From assembly GCA_027078545.1 (NCBI GenBank), contig JALWXN010000004.1, forward strand, positions 192,001-256,000: a stretch of 64,000 nucleotides of DNA, given 5' to 3'. The stretch's first letter is position 1, and every line of letters begins with the position of its first letter. Shown here one piece after another: positions 49,649 through 58,940 of this stretch. Origin of the DNA: Nitrososphaeria archaeon (GTDB lineage: Archaea; Thermoproteota; Nitrososphaeria; Geothermarchaeales; JDFR-13). The position numbers and the translations under genes are program-made. The notes beneath the pieces are model-generated. The model did not search any database. It was not told where the DNA came from and was given only the letters and a program-made list of their open reading frames with translations.

Positions 49649-50059
49649 ATGCCCCATAGGCTTAGGAAGACTAGGTGGAGGCGTGGTAGTAGGACGCATG
49701 GTTATGGCCGTGTAGGCCAGCATAGGAAGTCCGGCGATAGGGGTGGTTATGGCCTAGCCGGGCTCCGGAAGCATAAAAGATTCTATATGATGAAGTATAT
49801 GCCTGACCACTTCGGTAAGCATGGCTTCGTATCCAGGTTCCCTAGGAAGAGGTCTATCTCCGTCTCTGATCTCGAGAGGTTTATAGACATGGGTATGGAG
49901 GAGGTGGATCTCACGAAGCTGGGTTTTGACAAGCTGGTCAGTAAGGGGAGAATATCTAAGCCTATCAAGGTTATTGTTAAGGAGGCTACGGAGAGGGCTA
50001 TCGAGAAGGTTAGGGAGGCTGGTGGAGAGGTTGTGCTCAGCGGGGCGGAGGCCGATTGA
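49649..50059 (+). CDS. rpl15: 50S ribosomal protein uL15
   Basis: RGSRTHGYG...HR..G.RGG.G.AG and FGKHGF. Confidence 0.96.
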   Translation: MPHRLRKTRWRRGSRTHGYGRVGQHRKSGDRGGYGLAGLRKHKRFYMMKYMPDHFGKHGFVSRFPRKRSISVSDLERFIDMGMEEVDLTKLGFDKLVSKGRISKPIKVIVKEATERAIEKVREAGGEVVLSGAEAD

Positions 50060-51483
50060 GCACGGTAAAGACATTCTTCAGGAAGGTTGGCTCCGTACTT
50101 CCTGAGATTAAGAAGCCTGAGAAGAAGCTCTCCCTGAGAACTAGGATCCTATGGTCGGTACTGATCCTGGTCCTATACTTCATCATGGGTGGTATACCCC
50201 TATATGGTGTTACAAGCTCTCCCAACGACCCCTTCGCAGCCTTTAGAATAATCTTCGCCGCTACCACTGGTACCCTGCTGGAGCTAGGTATAGGGCCAAT
50301 AGTCACGGCAGGCCTGATTATGCAGCTTCTGAAGGGTGCCGAGATAATCAAGTTTGACTTTACAGATCCTGAGGAGAGGGCTATATTCACGGCTGCTACC
50401 AAGTTCCTGACAATCATCGTGACTATTGTGCAGGCTTCCGCCCTCGTCATGAGTAACTATCTCCGCTTTGTATCGACGAGTGTTAGTATAGTTATAATCA
50501 CGTATCTCCAGCTGGTGATAGCCACGATCTTCGTCATGCTTATGGACGAGGCTGTGCAGAAGGGGTGGGGTATCGGGAGTGGTATAAGCCTGTTCATAGC
50601 GGCTGGCGTCGCCAAGACGATCTTCGTAAATCTGTTTAGCCCAATTGTGATAAACTTCGGAGACTTCTCGGAGCCCCTGGGCCTGGTTCCACTCATTATA
50701 CAGAAGGCCTTCGAGGGGGACTTCACCCGTGTATGGGTGAGGGAGGGTAACTACCCCAGTATGCTGAGCTTCCTCATGACCATAGCCGTTATAATTATTA
50801 TCCTCTATGCGGAGGGTGTGAGGATAGAGCTCCCAATATCCCATGCTAGGTTCAGGGGTATTAGGAGTGTGTATCCAGTGAAGCTCCTATATGTCTCTAA
50901 CATCCCGATAATCCTGGCGTCCACACTCATCGCGGATCTCAATATATTGGCGAATGTGATATGGAACAACCTGAATCCGGATGGGACCGATCCGCTCCTA
51001 AACATGATTGTATATTTCGAGACGGGGGAGAATGGTACCCAGGTGTTGAAGGGTGGGATACTCTACTACTTGATCGGCCCCACAGATATTTTCCAGGCTA
51101 TTGAGGACCCGATTAGAACCGTTGTATTCATCATATCCATGACCATAATGGCTGTGATCTTCGCCTATCTCTGGGTAGAGGTCGGTGGCCTCTCATCCGC
51201 CAGTGTGTCCCAGCAGTTGATCGACAGTGGTATGCAGGTACCCGGCTTCAGGAGAAGGGCATACAGCGTAAACCTTATACTAAGCAAGTATATCCCGACC
51301 GTGACGCTTATAGGCGGGCTTTTCGTAGGTATAATAGCGTCGGTCTCACAGATACTGGGCGTCTTCGGGGGAGGCATGGGTATCCTACTCATGATCGATA
51401 TTATGATGAACCTCTACCAGGCCCTCCTAAGGGAGCAGCTGGAGGAGTACTACCCAGCGATCACGAGGCTGATAAAGATCTAG
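50056..51483 (+). CDS. secY: Preprotein translocase SecY/Sec61alpha
   Basis: ELGIGPIVTAG, GWGIGSGISLFI, YVSNIP and PGFR. Confidence 0.98.
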   Translation: MSTVKTFFRKVGSVLPEIKKPEKKLSLRTRILWSVLILVLYFIMGGIPLYGVTSSPNDPFAAFRIIFAATTGTLLELGIGPIVTAGLIMQLLKGAEIIKFDFTDPEERAIFTAATKFLTIIVTIVQASALVMSNYLRFVSTSVSIVIITYLQLVIATIFVMLMDEAVQKGWGIGSGISLFIAAGVAKTIFVNLFSPIVINFGDFSEPLGLVPLIIQKAFEGDFTRVWVREGNYPSMLSFLMTIAVIIIILYAEGVRIELPISHARFRGIRSVYPVKLLYVSNIPIILASTLIADLNILANVIWNNLNPDGTDPLLNMIVYFETGENGTQVLKGGILYYLIGPTDIFQAIEDPIRTVVFIISMTIMAVIFAYLWVEVGGLSSASVSQQLIDSGMQVPGFRRRAYSVNLILSKYIPTVTLIGGLFVGIIASVSQILGVFGGGMGILLMIDIMMNLYQALLREQLEEYYPAITRLIKI

Positions 51484-51485
51484 GG

Positions 51486-52091
51486 GTGGTTAGGATGGGG
51501 ATAGCGATCATCGTGGGTGTGCCCGGGGTGGGGAAGACCACGGTGCTTAACGGCGCTGTGAAACGTCTCAGCGAGAAGTATAACATAAAGCTGGTGAACT
51601 ATGGGGATGTGATGCTGGAGATAGCCAGGGCGGAGGGGCTGGTCAATAATAGGGATGAGATGAGGCTTCTCTCTATCGAGGATCAGTTGAGGCTTCAGCG
51701 AGAGGCGGCGGCGAAGATCAGTGGGGATGCTAAGAAGGTGGACCTCCTGATACTTGATACCCATCTCTTCATAAAGACTCCTAGGGGCAGGTGGCCGGGG
51801 CTGAGTGAGAACAACCTCCCATATCTAGAGGGTGTTAAGCAGCTCATCCTTGTGGAGGCCGATCCGAGGGACATAGTTAGTAGGAGGGAGAGGGATAGGT
51901 CTAGACGCCGATCCGACTATGGAGGGGCGGAGGAGGTTGCGGAGGATCAGATGTATAATAGGTTGATGGCGGCGAACATCTCGATAAGATATGGCTGTCC
52001 AGTATATATCCTCAGGAATGAGGAGGGGGCTGTTGAGTCGGCTATCGAGGAGCTGTATCAACTCCTTGGCTCCGTGGTTTCTGAGGGGTGA
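51486..52091 (+). CDS. adkA: Archaeal adenylate kinase
   Basis: GVPGVGKTT, NYGD.M, RDEMR and DTH. Confidence 0.95.
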   Translation: MVRMGIAIIVGVPGVGKTTVLNGAVKRLSEKYNIKLVNYGDVMLEIARAEGLVNNRDEMRLLSIEDQLRLQREAAAKISGDAKKVDLLILDTHLFIKTPRGRWPGLSENNLPYLEGVKQLILVEADPRDIVSRRERDRSRRRSDYGGAEEVAEDQMYNRLMAANISIRYGCPVYILRNEEGAVESAIEELYQLLGSVVSEG

Positions 52092-52100
52092 CCCCGTGAA

Positions 52101-52550
52101 ATGTCTCCGGAGCTGGTGGCTATAGGGGTTATAACCGTCTTCGCAGTCATCACGAATATACTCAACACCCTCGTTACCATTAGGTTCGTATATACCCCTG
52201 ATTTCATAGAGAAGAGGAGGCAGGTCCAGAAGGTGAGGGAGGAGTATAGGAAGGCTCTGATGTCTAAGGATGAGAAGCAGATAAAGAAGTTGGAGCAGAG
52301 GATCAATGCCATCAAGAAGATCGAGTCTGAGCTGACTATGAAGACCTTCAGGATCATGCCCCTCTCACTTGGGATATTCTACATATTCTGGTGGCTCATG
52401 AGTGGATGGTACTCTGAGCTGGGGAACTTTGTCTATCTCCCCTATATACTGCCCTTCGTGGGCACTAATATGAACTTCCTCTCATGGTATATCTTCGCAT
52501 CTATAGTCTTCGGCGCCCTATTTAGACGCCTATTCTACCCTAAGATGTGA
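52101..52550 (+). CDS. DUF106/EMC3-TMCO1 (Oxa1 superfamily) membrane protein
   Basis: TM-coiled coil-TM architecture with WY motif; position after adk. Confidence 0.85.
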   Translation: MSPELVAIGVITVFAVITNILNTLVTIRFVYTPDFIEKRRQVQKVREEYRKALMSKDEKQIKKLEQRINAIKKIESELTMKTFRIMPLSLGIFYIFWWLMSGWYSELGNFVYLPYILPFVGTNMNFLSWYIFASIVFGALFRRLFYPKM

Positions 52551-52578
52551 ATATTTGTCTAGGCGGCGTGATGTGGGG

Positions 52579-53133
52579 ATGGGGGATATAATAATAACGA
52601 TATCCGGCTTCCATGGTGTGGGTAAGTCGACCCTCGCACGATACATATCCGAGAAGTATGGGTTGTGGAGGGTCTCCTCGGGGGAGATTTTTAGGAGGCT
52701 GGCTAGGGAGAAGGGATATACCCTGGAGGAGTTCTCCAGGATCGCTGAGAAGGAGGAGTGGGTGGATAGGCTGATCGACAATACCGTGGTGGAGGAGTGT
52801 AGGAGGGGTGGGTGTGTAGCGGATGGCCTATTGACCGGCTTCTTCCTCAGGGATGTTGCTAGTCTAAAGATATGGCTGAAATGCCCCCTGGAGATAAGGG
52901 TTAGGAGGATCGCGGAGAGGGAGGGTAGGCCTATAGAGGAGGTTTATAGGGAGACTCTTGCTAGGGAGGAGAGTGAGGTAAAGAGGTTTAGGGAGATGTA
53001 TGGGATAGATGTGACGGATCTATCGATATACGACCTTGTGATAGATACCTCTAGAATATCCCTGGAGGGGCTCTATAGGATTGTAGACGCAGCGTTGATG
53101 GATATCCTTGATAGGGTGGGCCGTGATGGGTAG
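52579..53133 (+). CDS. cmk: Cytidylate kinase
   Basis: ISG..GVGKST, SGEIFR and YDLVIDT. Confidence 0.93.
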   Translation: MGDIIITISGFHGVGKSTLARYISEKYGLWRVSSGEIFRRLAREKGYTLEEFSRIAEKEEWVDRLIDNTVVEECRRGGCVADGLLTGFFLRDVASLKIWLKCPLEIRVRRIAEREGRPIEEVYRETLAREESEVKRFREMYGIDVTDLSIYDLVIDTSRISLEGLYRIVDAALMDILDRVGRDG

Positions 53134-54133
53134 CCTGGACGAGGCCTTTAGATGGATGGGTCTGAGGGAGGGTTTCAGGGTTATTGATGAGGATGTTGAT
53201 CTAGGTGCTGGTATACATCCCTTGGAGAGGAGTGGTAGGGAATATATCTCCAAGGGTGTTGTAAATCTGGATAAGCCTAGGGGGCCCACTAGTCACCAGG
53301 TAGCTACCTGGGTACGTAGGTTATTGGAGGTTGATAAGACTGGTCATGGGGGGACCCTAGACCCAGCCGTGTCGGGTGTTCTCCCCATAGGTATTGAGAA
53401 GGCGACGCCTGCGATCAGGTATGTTGTGGGTTCGGCGAAGGAGTATGTAGGGATTATTAAGCTTCATGGCGATGTGGATGATGAGGAGCTGGACCGTGTT
53501 CTTAGGATGTTTAGGAGGGGTAGGATATACCAGAAGCCGCCCTTTAGGAGCTCTGTGAGGAGGAAGCTCCGCACTAGGGAGATCTATAGCTTCGAGGTTT
53601 TGGAGAGGGAGGGTAGGGATCTACTGTTCAGGATAAGGTGTGAGTCTGGCTTCTATGTTAGGAAGCTGGCGCATGACATTGGGCTTATCCTTGGTGTTGG
53701 TGCCCATCTAGATGAGCTTAGACGTACCGCTGCGGGCCCGTTCGACGAGTCGACTATCGTAAGTTTCTATGAGCTCTACGCTGCTTACAAGCTTTTTAGA
53801 GAGGGTGTTGAGAAGGCTGTTAAGAAGACTATTCTCCCCTACGAGTACATCTTCAGGGACTATCCCAAGATAGTTGTTAAGGACTCCGCGGTGGCGTCTA
53901 TAGCCTATGGTGCTCAGCTCAAGAGGCCGGGGATATACGCTGTATCGGGGAGTTTTAAGGCGGGTGATATAGTCGCCCTATTCACCAAGAAGAGCGAGTT
54001 GGTGGCTACTATTAGGGCGTTGGTATCGCTGGATGAGTTGTTGGGGATGGAGCGTGGACAGGTGGGTGAGACGGAGAGGGTCTTCATAGAGCGTGACCTA
54101 TACCCGAAGATGTGGATAAGGAGGGAGGGCTAG
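53126..54133 (+). CDS. cbf5: H/ACA pseudouridine synthase Cbf5
   Basis: DKPRGPTSHQV, GHGGTLDP, IYQKPP..S.V and PUA domain. Confidence 0.97.
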   Translation: MGSLDEAFRWMGLREGFRVIDEDVDLGAGIHPLERSGREYISKGVVNLDKPRGPTSHQVATWVRRLLEVDKTGHGGTLDPAVSGVLPIGIEKATPAIRYVVGSAKEYVGIIKLHGDVDDEELDRVLRMFRRGRIYQKPPFRSSVRRKLRTREIYSFEVLEREGRDLLFRIRCESGFYVRKLAHDIGLILGVGAHLDELRRTAAGPFDESTIVSFYELYAAYKLFREGVEKAVKKTILPYEYIFRDYPKIVVKDSAVASIAYGAQLKRPGIYAVSGSFKAGDIVALFTKKSELVATIRALVSLDELLGMERGQVGETERVFIERDLYPKMWIRREG

Positions 54134-54195
54134 AGAGCTGGTTAGAGAGGGTTAATCATTATTAGGGGCCGGCCTCCATACTGATTTTTAGCTGG

Positions 54196-54308
54196 GCCGG
54201 GATGCCCGAGTGGACCAAGGGGTCGCCGCATCGGCCTAGGCCTGGAGATGCTCGGGATAGCCGATGGGGCTCTGCCCCGCGTGGGTTCGAATCCCACTCC
54301 CGGCGCCA
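54196..54308 (+). tRNA. tRNA-Ser (GGA) with two introns (54226-54239 at 29/30; 54248-54258 at 37/38)
   Basis: Long variable arm and G73; splicing restores TCGGC-CT-GGA-GA-GCCGA; first intron has a BHB with GGGT/GCCT helix. Confidence 0.88.
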
Positions 54309-55160
54309 CTACCCTAATATCTCCCTAGCCATCCTGGTGAATCCATCTATATAGGTCTCGGGCCTCCCCACATCTACCCTGTCCTCACTATCTATCTCTA
54401 TCGCTATTCCCCTGGTCCATTCCCTGATCATGTCTCTTATGGGGTCTACCAATTCCCACTTTGTCCCTTCCTCCTCGTATCTCGCCATGTAGCGGAATAA
54501 TTCTCTAGGGACTCTGTATATAGCTATTACCGCCAGGTTGGATGGGGGGTTTCGAGGTTTCTCAACTATATCGCTGATCAGGTATATCCCAGTATCTATC
54601 TCCTCCCCAGTGATTACCCCGTAGTGCCTGGGATCCTCAACCTTCTCAACATATGTTGATATTGGGGCTTGGTTCTCAATGGCCTTATTTATAAGCCTAG
54701 AGACATAGTTCTCCCCCTCTCGATCCAGTATGTAGTCGTCCCCAGTATGTATGATGAAGTCTCCATCAACGTATTCCCTGGCTAGGTATACTGCTGGGCC
54801 GAATCCCCTCGGAGTTTCTTGGTATGCGGTCACAATATCCATCTCGTCCAGCATCCTATGGAGATCCTCGAGTATATCCGCCTCTCCAGTCTTCCCCTCT
54901 CGATATAGGGTCTCTAGTAGATCCTCGTCCCTGGATAGGTATCTCTCTATAGCGGTCTTTTTGGGGGAGGATATTATAACCAGGTGTCTGATACCGGCCC
55001 CGTAGAGCTTGGACAGGACTGCATGTATAACGGGTATAACGGCTGTCCTGCCCCTGTATCTCACCGGTAGTGGGAGGAGTTCCTTTGGGACGGCCTTTGT
55101 TATCGGGGTCATCCTGGTACCTATACCTGCTATGGGGAGGACCGCGGTCTCCACATTCAT
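54309..55160 (-). CDS. Sugar-1-phosphate nucleotidyltransferase (GalU-like)
   Basis: AVLPIAGIGTRM.P.TKAVPKELLP, QETPRGFG, GDD and VEKP. Confidence 0.9.
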   Translation of the reverse strand: MNVETAVLPIAGIGTRMTPITKAVPKELLPLPVRYRGRTAVIPVIHAVLSKLYGAGIRHLVIISSPKKTAIERYLSRDEDLLETLYREGKTGEADILEDLHRMLDEMDIVTAYQETPRGFGPAVYLAREYVDGDFIIHTGDDYILDREGENYVSRLINKAIENQAPISTYVEKVEDPRHYGVITGEEIDTGIYLISDIVEKPRNPPSNLAVIAIYRVPRELFRYMARYEEEGTKWELVDPIRDMIREWTRGIAIEIDSEDRVDVGRPETYIDGFTRMAREILG

Positions 55161-55214
55161 CTCACATCTCCAATGAATTGGGCGCTGATCTGAAAAAATA
55201 CTTGGCGTATTTCT

Positions 55215-55289
55215 TGGAGCCCCGGGCGGGATTTGAACCCGCGTCCTCCGGCTTACCAAGCCGGCGCTCTACCACTAAGCTACCGGGGC
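55215..55289 (-). tRNA. tRNA-Thr (GGT), CCA encoded
   Basis: CCGGC-TT-GGT-AA-GCCGG anticodon arm. Confidence 0.97.
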
Positions 55290-55339
55290 ATGCGCTAGAA
55301 TATTTTATCCCCAGAATCTTTTTATTGGTTTTGCTATAT

Positions 55340-55807
55340 TCATAGGTTTCTAACCGTTCTCCACAGCTTGTCCCCCTTGTAATGGAGGTTCTTCACTATC
55401 TTTCCCTTCTCACCGATGTCGGATTGGTTGAGTAGGGCCTGGCCGATGGCTATGGGTGTCCCCTGGAATTTTATGAGGACTAGCCTATCCTTCACCAGGT
55501 TCTCGTGGCTAGTGATGCCGGGGGCCATGAGGTCAGCCCCTCTAAGGACTGCCTCGGCGGCGCCTCTATCAACCTCTACCCAGCCCTCTATATCTACGCA
55601 GCCTATGGTCTCTAGGAAGGGGTATAGCAGCCTATCCCTCTGTATAACGACTAGTCTACACTCGTCTTCAAATATGTAGATCTTGTTGTCGTCTATGCTT
55701 GTTGTGAAACCCCTCCTAAACTCTGTCTTGGGCTTGGCCCCGGCCATTGTGAGGAATGTGAGGATCTTCTCCATCTTCTTATGGCTGAGTGGCTGGATCG
55801 TCGGCAT
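55340..55807 (-). CDS. PUA-domain RNA-binding protein
   Basis: VDRGA...V..GADLMAPGI and G..VKNLH..GD.LW. Confidence 0.9.
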   Translation of the reverse strand: MPTIQPLSHKKMEKILTFLTMAGAKPKTEFRRGFTTSIDDNKIYIFEDECRLVVIQRDRLLYPFLETIGCVDIEGWVEVDRGAAEAVLRGADLMAPGITSHENLVKDRLVLIKFQGTPIAIGQALLNQSDIGEKGKIVKNLHYKGDKLWRTVRNL

Positions 55808-55840
55808 CGCTACATGTCCACCAGTTCCTTGTAGATATTA

Positions 55841-55929
55841 TGGTGGGGCCGGTGGGATTTGAACCCACGACACCCCGGTTTCTGTTGTTTTCTTCAGCCG
55901 GGTGCTCTCCCAGGCTGAGCTACGGCCCC
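55841..55929 (-). tRNA. tRNA-Phe (GAA) with 12-nt intron (55880-55891, 37/38)
   Basis: CCCGG-CT-GAA-G[AAAACAACAGAA]A-CCGGG. Confidence 0.93.
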
Positions 55930-56048
55930 TCTAGTCAAAATTAGTCTTACACACCCCTTAAAATAGTTATGTCGCGGTGTACCGACTATGACTGTAGCTA
56001 CTCTCCAGTAATGTTAAATAGAGGGGGTATCGAATCTCTAATTTAGTT

Positions 56049-56168
56049 GCCGCCGTAGCTCAAAGGTGGAGCGCCCGGCTCATAACTAGGATGTTATGAG
56101 CTATGACCCTATGGGGGATGATGTGGGAGACCGGGAGGTCGCGGGTTCGAATCCCGCCGGCGGCACCA
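56049..56168 (+). tRNA. Elongator tRNA-Met (CAT) with 45-nt intron (56085-56129, 37/38)
   Basis: GCCGCCG acceptor stem; BHB central helix CTCA/TGGG. Confidence 0.93.
56085..56129 (+). ncRNA. Putative intron-encoded box C'/D' guide (predicted Cm34 of tRNA-Met)
   Basis: GTTATGAGC is antisense to the anticodon loop and is followed by ATGA-CCCT-AT-GGGG-GATGATG. Confidence 0.65.
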
Positions 56169-56282
56169 GAGAATTATTCCTCCTATATTTCCTGTATGCC
56201 TCTGAGGGCTCAGGGATAAGTAGATCCCTTAGTGGTCAGGCATAGTAGTGGCTTCTCAATTATGTTGTGGCTGGTAGGATTC

Positions 56283-56356
56283 TGGTGGACCCGGGGGGAT
56301 TTGAACCCCCGCCACCCGCGTGCGAGGCGGGCGTTCTACCATTAAACTACGGGCCC
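56283..56356 (-). tRNA. tRNA-Ala (CGC), CCA encoded
   Basis: G3:U70 acceptor pair; CCCGC-CT-CGC-AC-GCGGG anticodon arm. Confidence 0.97.
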
Positions 56357-56490
56357 TTCAAAGATGTTTCTCTCTCCTCCCTACCTATAAAGTATACATT
56401 GTCTAGATGGCGTTTCCATCTATCTATGGTTTCTTATTTTATTAAGTGCTGCTGAGGTGTCTAAGTATTAGTGTCAAGGGTGTTGGTAAG

Positions 56491-56958
56491 ATGGTTAGTG
56501 TTAAGGACGTCCCATACGACGTTCTTATAGACAGGTTGGCCAAGTATATCAAGGAGAATGTTGAGGAGGTCTCTCCTCCGGAGTGGGCCCTGTATGTGAA
56601 GACTGGGCCTTCTAGGCAACGCCCACCTGATAACCCGGACTGGTGGTATGTGAGGGCTGCATCCATGCTGAGGAAGATCTATCTCTATGGCCCTCTAAGC
56701 ATCAATGATCTTAGGAGGATGTATGGTGGTAGGAAGGATAGGGGCGTCAAGCCTGAGCATTTCTACCCCGCCGGAGGAGCTATAATAAGGAATATCCTGA
56801 AGCAGTTGGAGGCGGCGGGGCTGGTTAGTAAGACGAAGGAGGGGAGGGTGCTTACTCCCAAGGGGAGGTCTCTTCTAGACAAGCTCTCCGCCGAGATCAG
56901 TAGGGAGCTTGGGTTGAAGAAGTGGTATGAGCTCTACTCGCTCGACGAGGGTGAGTAG
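56491..56958 (+). CDS. rps19e: 30S ribosomal protein eS19
   Basis: PEWA.YVKTG, WWYVRAAS and LKQLEAAG. Confidence 0.97.
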   Translation: MVSVKDVPYDVLIDRLAKYIKENVEEVSPPEWALYVKTGPSRQRPPDNPDWWYVRAASMLRKIYLYGPLSINDLRRMYGGRKDRGVKPEHFYPAGGAIIRNILKQLEAAGLVSKTKEGRVLTPKGRSLLDKLSAEISRELGLKKWYELYSLDEGE

Positions 56959-56959
56959 T

Positions 56960-57238
56960 ATGCAGGAGCCTGTTAAGAGTGATGATGAGGCTAAGCGTAG
57001 GGAGGAGGCGTTGAAGGAGGCTGTCCTACGAAGATTCCTGGAGCCTAAGGCTAGGGAGAGGCTGAGTAATCTCAGACTGGTTAATCCGGATCTGGTGGTG
57101 GAGATCCGAGAATTTATTTATAACCTGGCTGTCTCAGGTAGATTGAAGAAGCCCCTCTCAGATGAGGAGCTTAAATCTCTGCTCCATAAGATCCAGAGTA
57201 GCCGTAGGCGGGAGTATAGGTTTAGGGGGTTGTGGTGA
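56960..57238 (+). CDS. PDCD5-like DNA-binding protein
   Basis: [16 protein letters not shown] and LSDEELK.LL. Confidence 0.92.
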   Translation: MQEPVKSDDEAKRREEALKEAVLRRFLEPKARERLSNLRLVNPDLVVEIREFIYNLAVSGRLKKPLSDEELKSLLHKIQSSRRREYRFRGLW

Positions 57239-57239
57239 G

Positions 57240-57419
57240 ATGGCGAGGTATAAGGATCCGGCGTTTAAGAATAGGCTGGCTAAAGCCTACAAGAGTAATA
57301 GGGCCCCACCAGTCTGGGTAATTGCTAGGACTAATGGAAGGGTTAGGACCAATCCTAAGAGGCGGCACTGGAGGAGGAATAAGCTCAAGCTTAGGACTAA
57401 GGAGGGTTTCTTCGACTGA
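57240..57419 (+). CDS. rpl39e: 50S ribosomal protein eL39
   Basis: K.RLAKA.K.NR.PP.WV and RRHWRR.KL. Confidence 0.95.
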   Translation: MARYKDPAFKNRLAKAYKSNRAPPVWVIARTNGRVRTNPKRRHWRRNKLKLRTKEGFFD

Positions 57420-57430
57420 GGTGATAGGCC

Positions 57431-57838
57431 ATGTCGGAGGAGGAGAGGATGGATAAGGCTGAGGAGCCTGGCGAGGCTGTTGAGGAGGTTGTGGAGGCTG
57501 AGGCCAAGGAGCTGGAGGAGAGTGTCGAGCTGGGTAGGGATATCATACCTGAGGATGTGACGATACGCTTGGAGAGGGTGTATATCGTTCCGCTGTGGCG
57601 GTCATGGGTAAGGAAGAGGGGGATTAGGAGGGCGAAGAAGGCTGTAAACTATCTACGTAGATTCGTCTCTAGGCATATGAAGACGCCTGATGTGAAGATC
57701 TCTGAGGAGGTTAATAGATATATCTGGAGGAACGGTATTAGGAACCCGCCTAGACGTATAAAGGTGAGGGTCCTCCTCGGGGATGACCAGGTGGCCTATG
57801 TCTTCCTAGAGAAGGGTGGCAATGAGGTAGATGCTTAG
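57431..57838 (+). CDS. rpl31e: 50S ribosomal protein eL31 with acidic N-terminal extension
   Basis: ERVYIVPL, RAKKA, RHMK and IW..G...PP..I.V. Confidence 0.95.
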   Translation: MSEEERMDKAEEPGEAVEEVVEAEAKELEESVELGRDIIPEDVTIRLERVYIVPLWRSWVRKRGIRRAKKAVNYLRRFVSRHMKTPDVKISEEVNRYIWRNGIRNPPRRIKVRVLLGDDQVAYVFLEKGGNEVDA

Positions 57839-58541
57839 GCTGAAAGTCTTCGGCTCCCCCAATATAGGCCTCTATCTAGCGGCTACTAACAGGTATTTCC
57901 TCTACCACTCCCAGATCCCTAGACATAAGGTGGAGATGATCTCCAAGGAGTTGGATGTCGAGGGTATTCAGATACCCCTGATCGATACCGTGATAACCTC
58001 GCCCTTCCTGGTATGTAACAGTAATGGTGTCGTTGTGCCAGACCTGTTTGAAGAGTATGCGTATAGGGCGCTTAGGGAGGCTTTGGAGGCTAGGGGTGTC
58101 TCCCTAGGGGTTGTTGATCATAAGTATAATGCTCTTGGCAACACGATAGTGGCCAATGATAAGGGGGCTGTAGTCTCGCCAGTTATTCCTCTCCATATAA
58201 AGAGGCTGATAAGTGATGTCTTGGACGTGGAGGTATCCACCTCTACTGTGGGGAGGTTCAGCTATACAGGCTCCCTAGTCGTGGTTAACAATAGGGCTGG
58301 CCTGGTGGCCCCAGTAATCCATGAGGATGAGAAGCTCCTCATGGAGGATGTGCTTGGTGTTAAGCTCTACGAGGGGACTGTCAACGGTGGTGTGGAGTTT
58401 ATTAAACTAGGCCTTGTTGTTAATGATTATGGCGTGCTTGTGGGCGACTCGTCACAGGGTCCAGAGCTGATGAATATCTCCACAATATTCGAGGGTGTAG
58501 AGTATGTCCCTGGAGGAGAGGATATCGAGTCTAATCGTTGA
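57831..58541 (+). CDS. eif6: Translation initiation factor 6
   Basis: GSPNIG, ALGN.I.ANDKGA and GTVN.G. Confidence 0.95.
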   Translation: MLRLKVFGSPNIGLYLAATNRYFLYHSQIPRHKVEMISKELDVEGIQIPLIDTVITSPFLVCNSNGVVVPDLFEEYAYRALREALEARGVSLGVVDHKYNALGNTIVANDKGAVVSPVIPLHIKRLISDVLDVEVSTSTVGRFSYTGSLVVVNNRAGLVAPVIHEDEKLLMEDVLGVKLYEGTVNGGVEFIKLGLVVNDYGVLVGDSSQGPELMNISTIFEGVEYVPGGEDIESNR

Positions 58542-58938
58542 GCAGAGGAATATAACTAGGATCATGGAGAGCCTCTACAACGAGGTGGTGACTCTACAGA
58601 CCTCCCTCGAGGATAGGAGGAACGCCCTCCGCTTTCTTGAGAAGTATGGCTCTGTGGAGGAGGATATGGATGTTCTCTTCCCAGTCGGTGGCGGATTATA
58701 TCTAAGGGCTGTTATACAGCCGAAGTCAAAGATATTCAGGTCTGTAGGTGCCGGTGTATATCTCACAGACGATGTCTCCAAGGTCATCGATGTTCTGAAG
58801 AAGAATATTGAGGATCTTGAGAAGGCTCTTGAGGAGAGGAATGAGTTGTTGGAGAGGTATAGGGCTAGGTATGACGAGATAACCGCCGAGTTGTCGGAGC
58901 TATATTTCAAGCTGCAGGGTGGGGAGAGGAGGAAGTAG
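58504..58938 (+). CDS. pfdA: Prefoldin alpha subunit
   Basis: LFPVGGG and SVGAG hairpins between coiled coils. Confidence 0.92.
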   Translation: MSLEERISSLIVEQRNITRIMESLYNEVVTLQTSLEDRRNALRFLEKYGSVEEDMDVLFPVGGGLYLRAVIQPKSKIFRSVGAGVYLTDDVSKVIDVLKKNIEDLEKALEERNELLERYRARYDEITAELSELYFKLQGGERRK

Positions 58939-58940
58939 GG

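Noticed and set aside
56003-56028. ORB-like sequence CTCCAGT...AAATAGAGGGGG
   Set aside because: Spacing does not fit ORB, it is single-copy with no orc1/cdc6 nearby, and it overlaps the expected tRNA-Met TATA box
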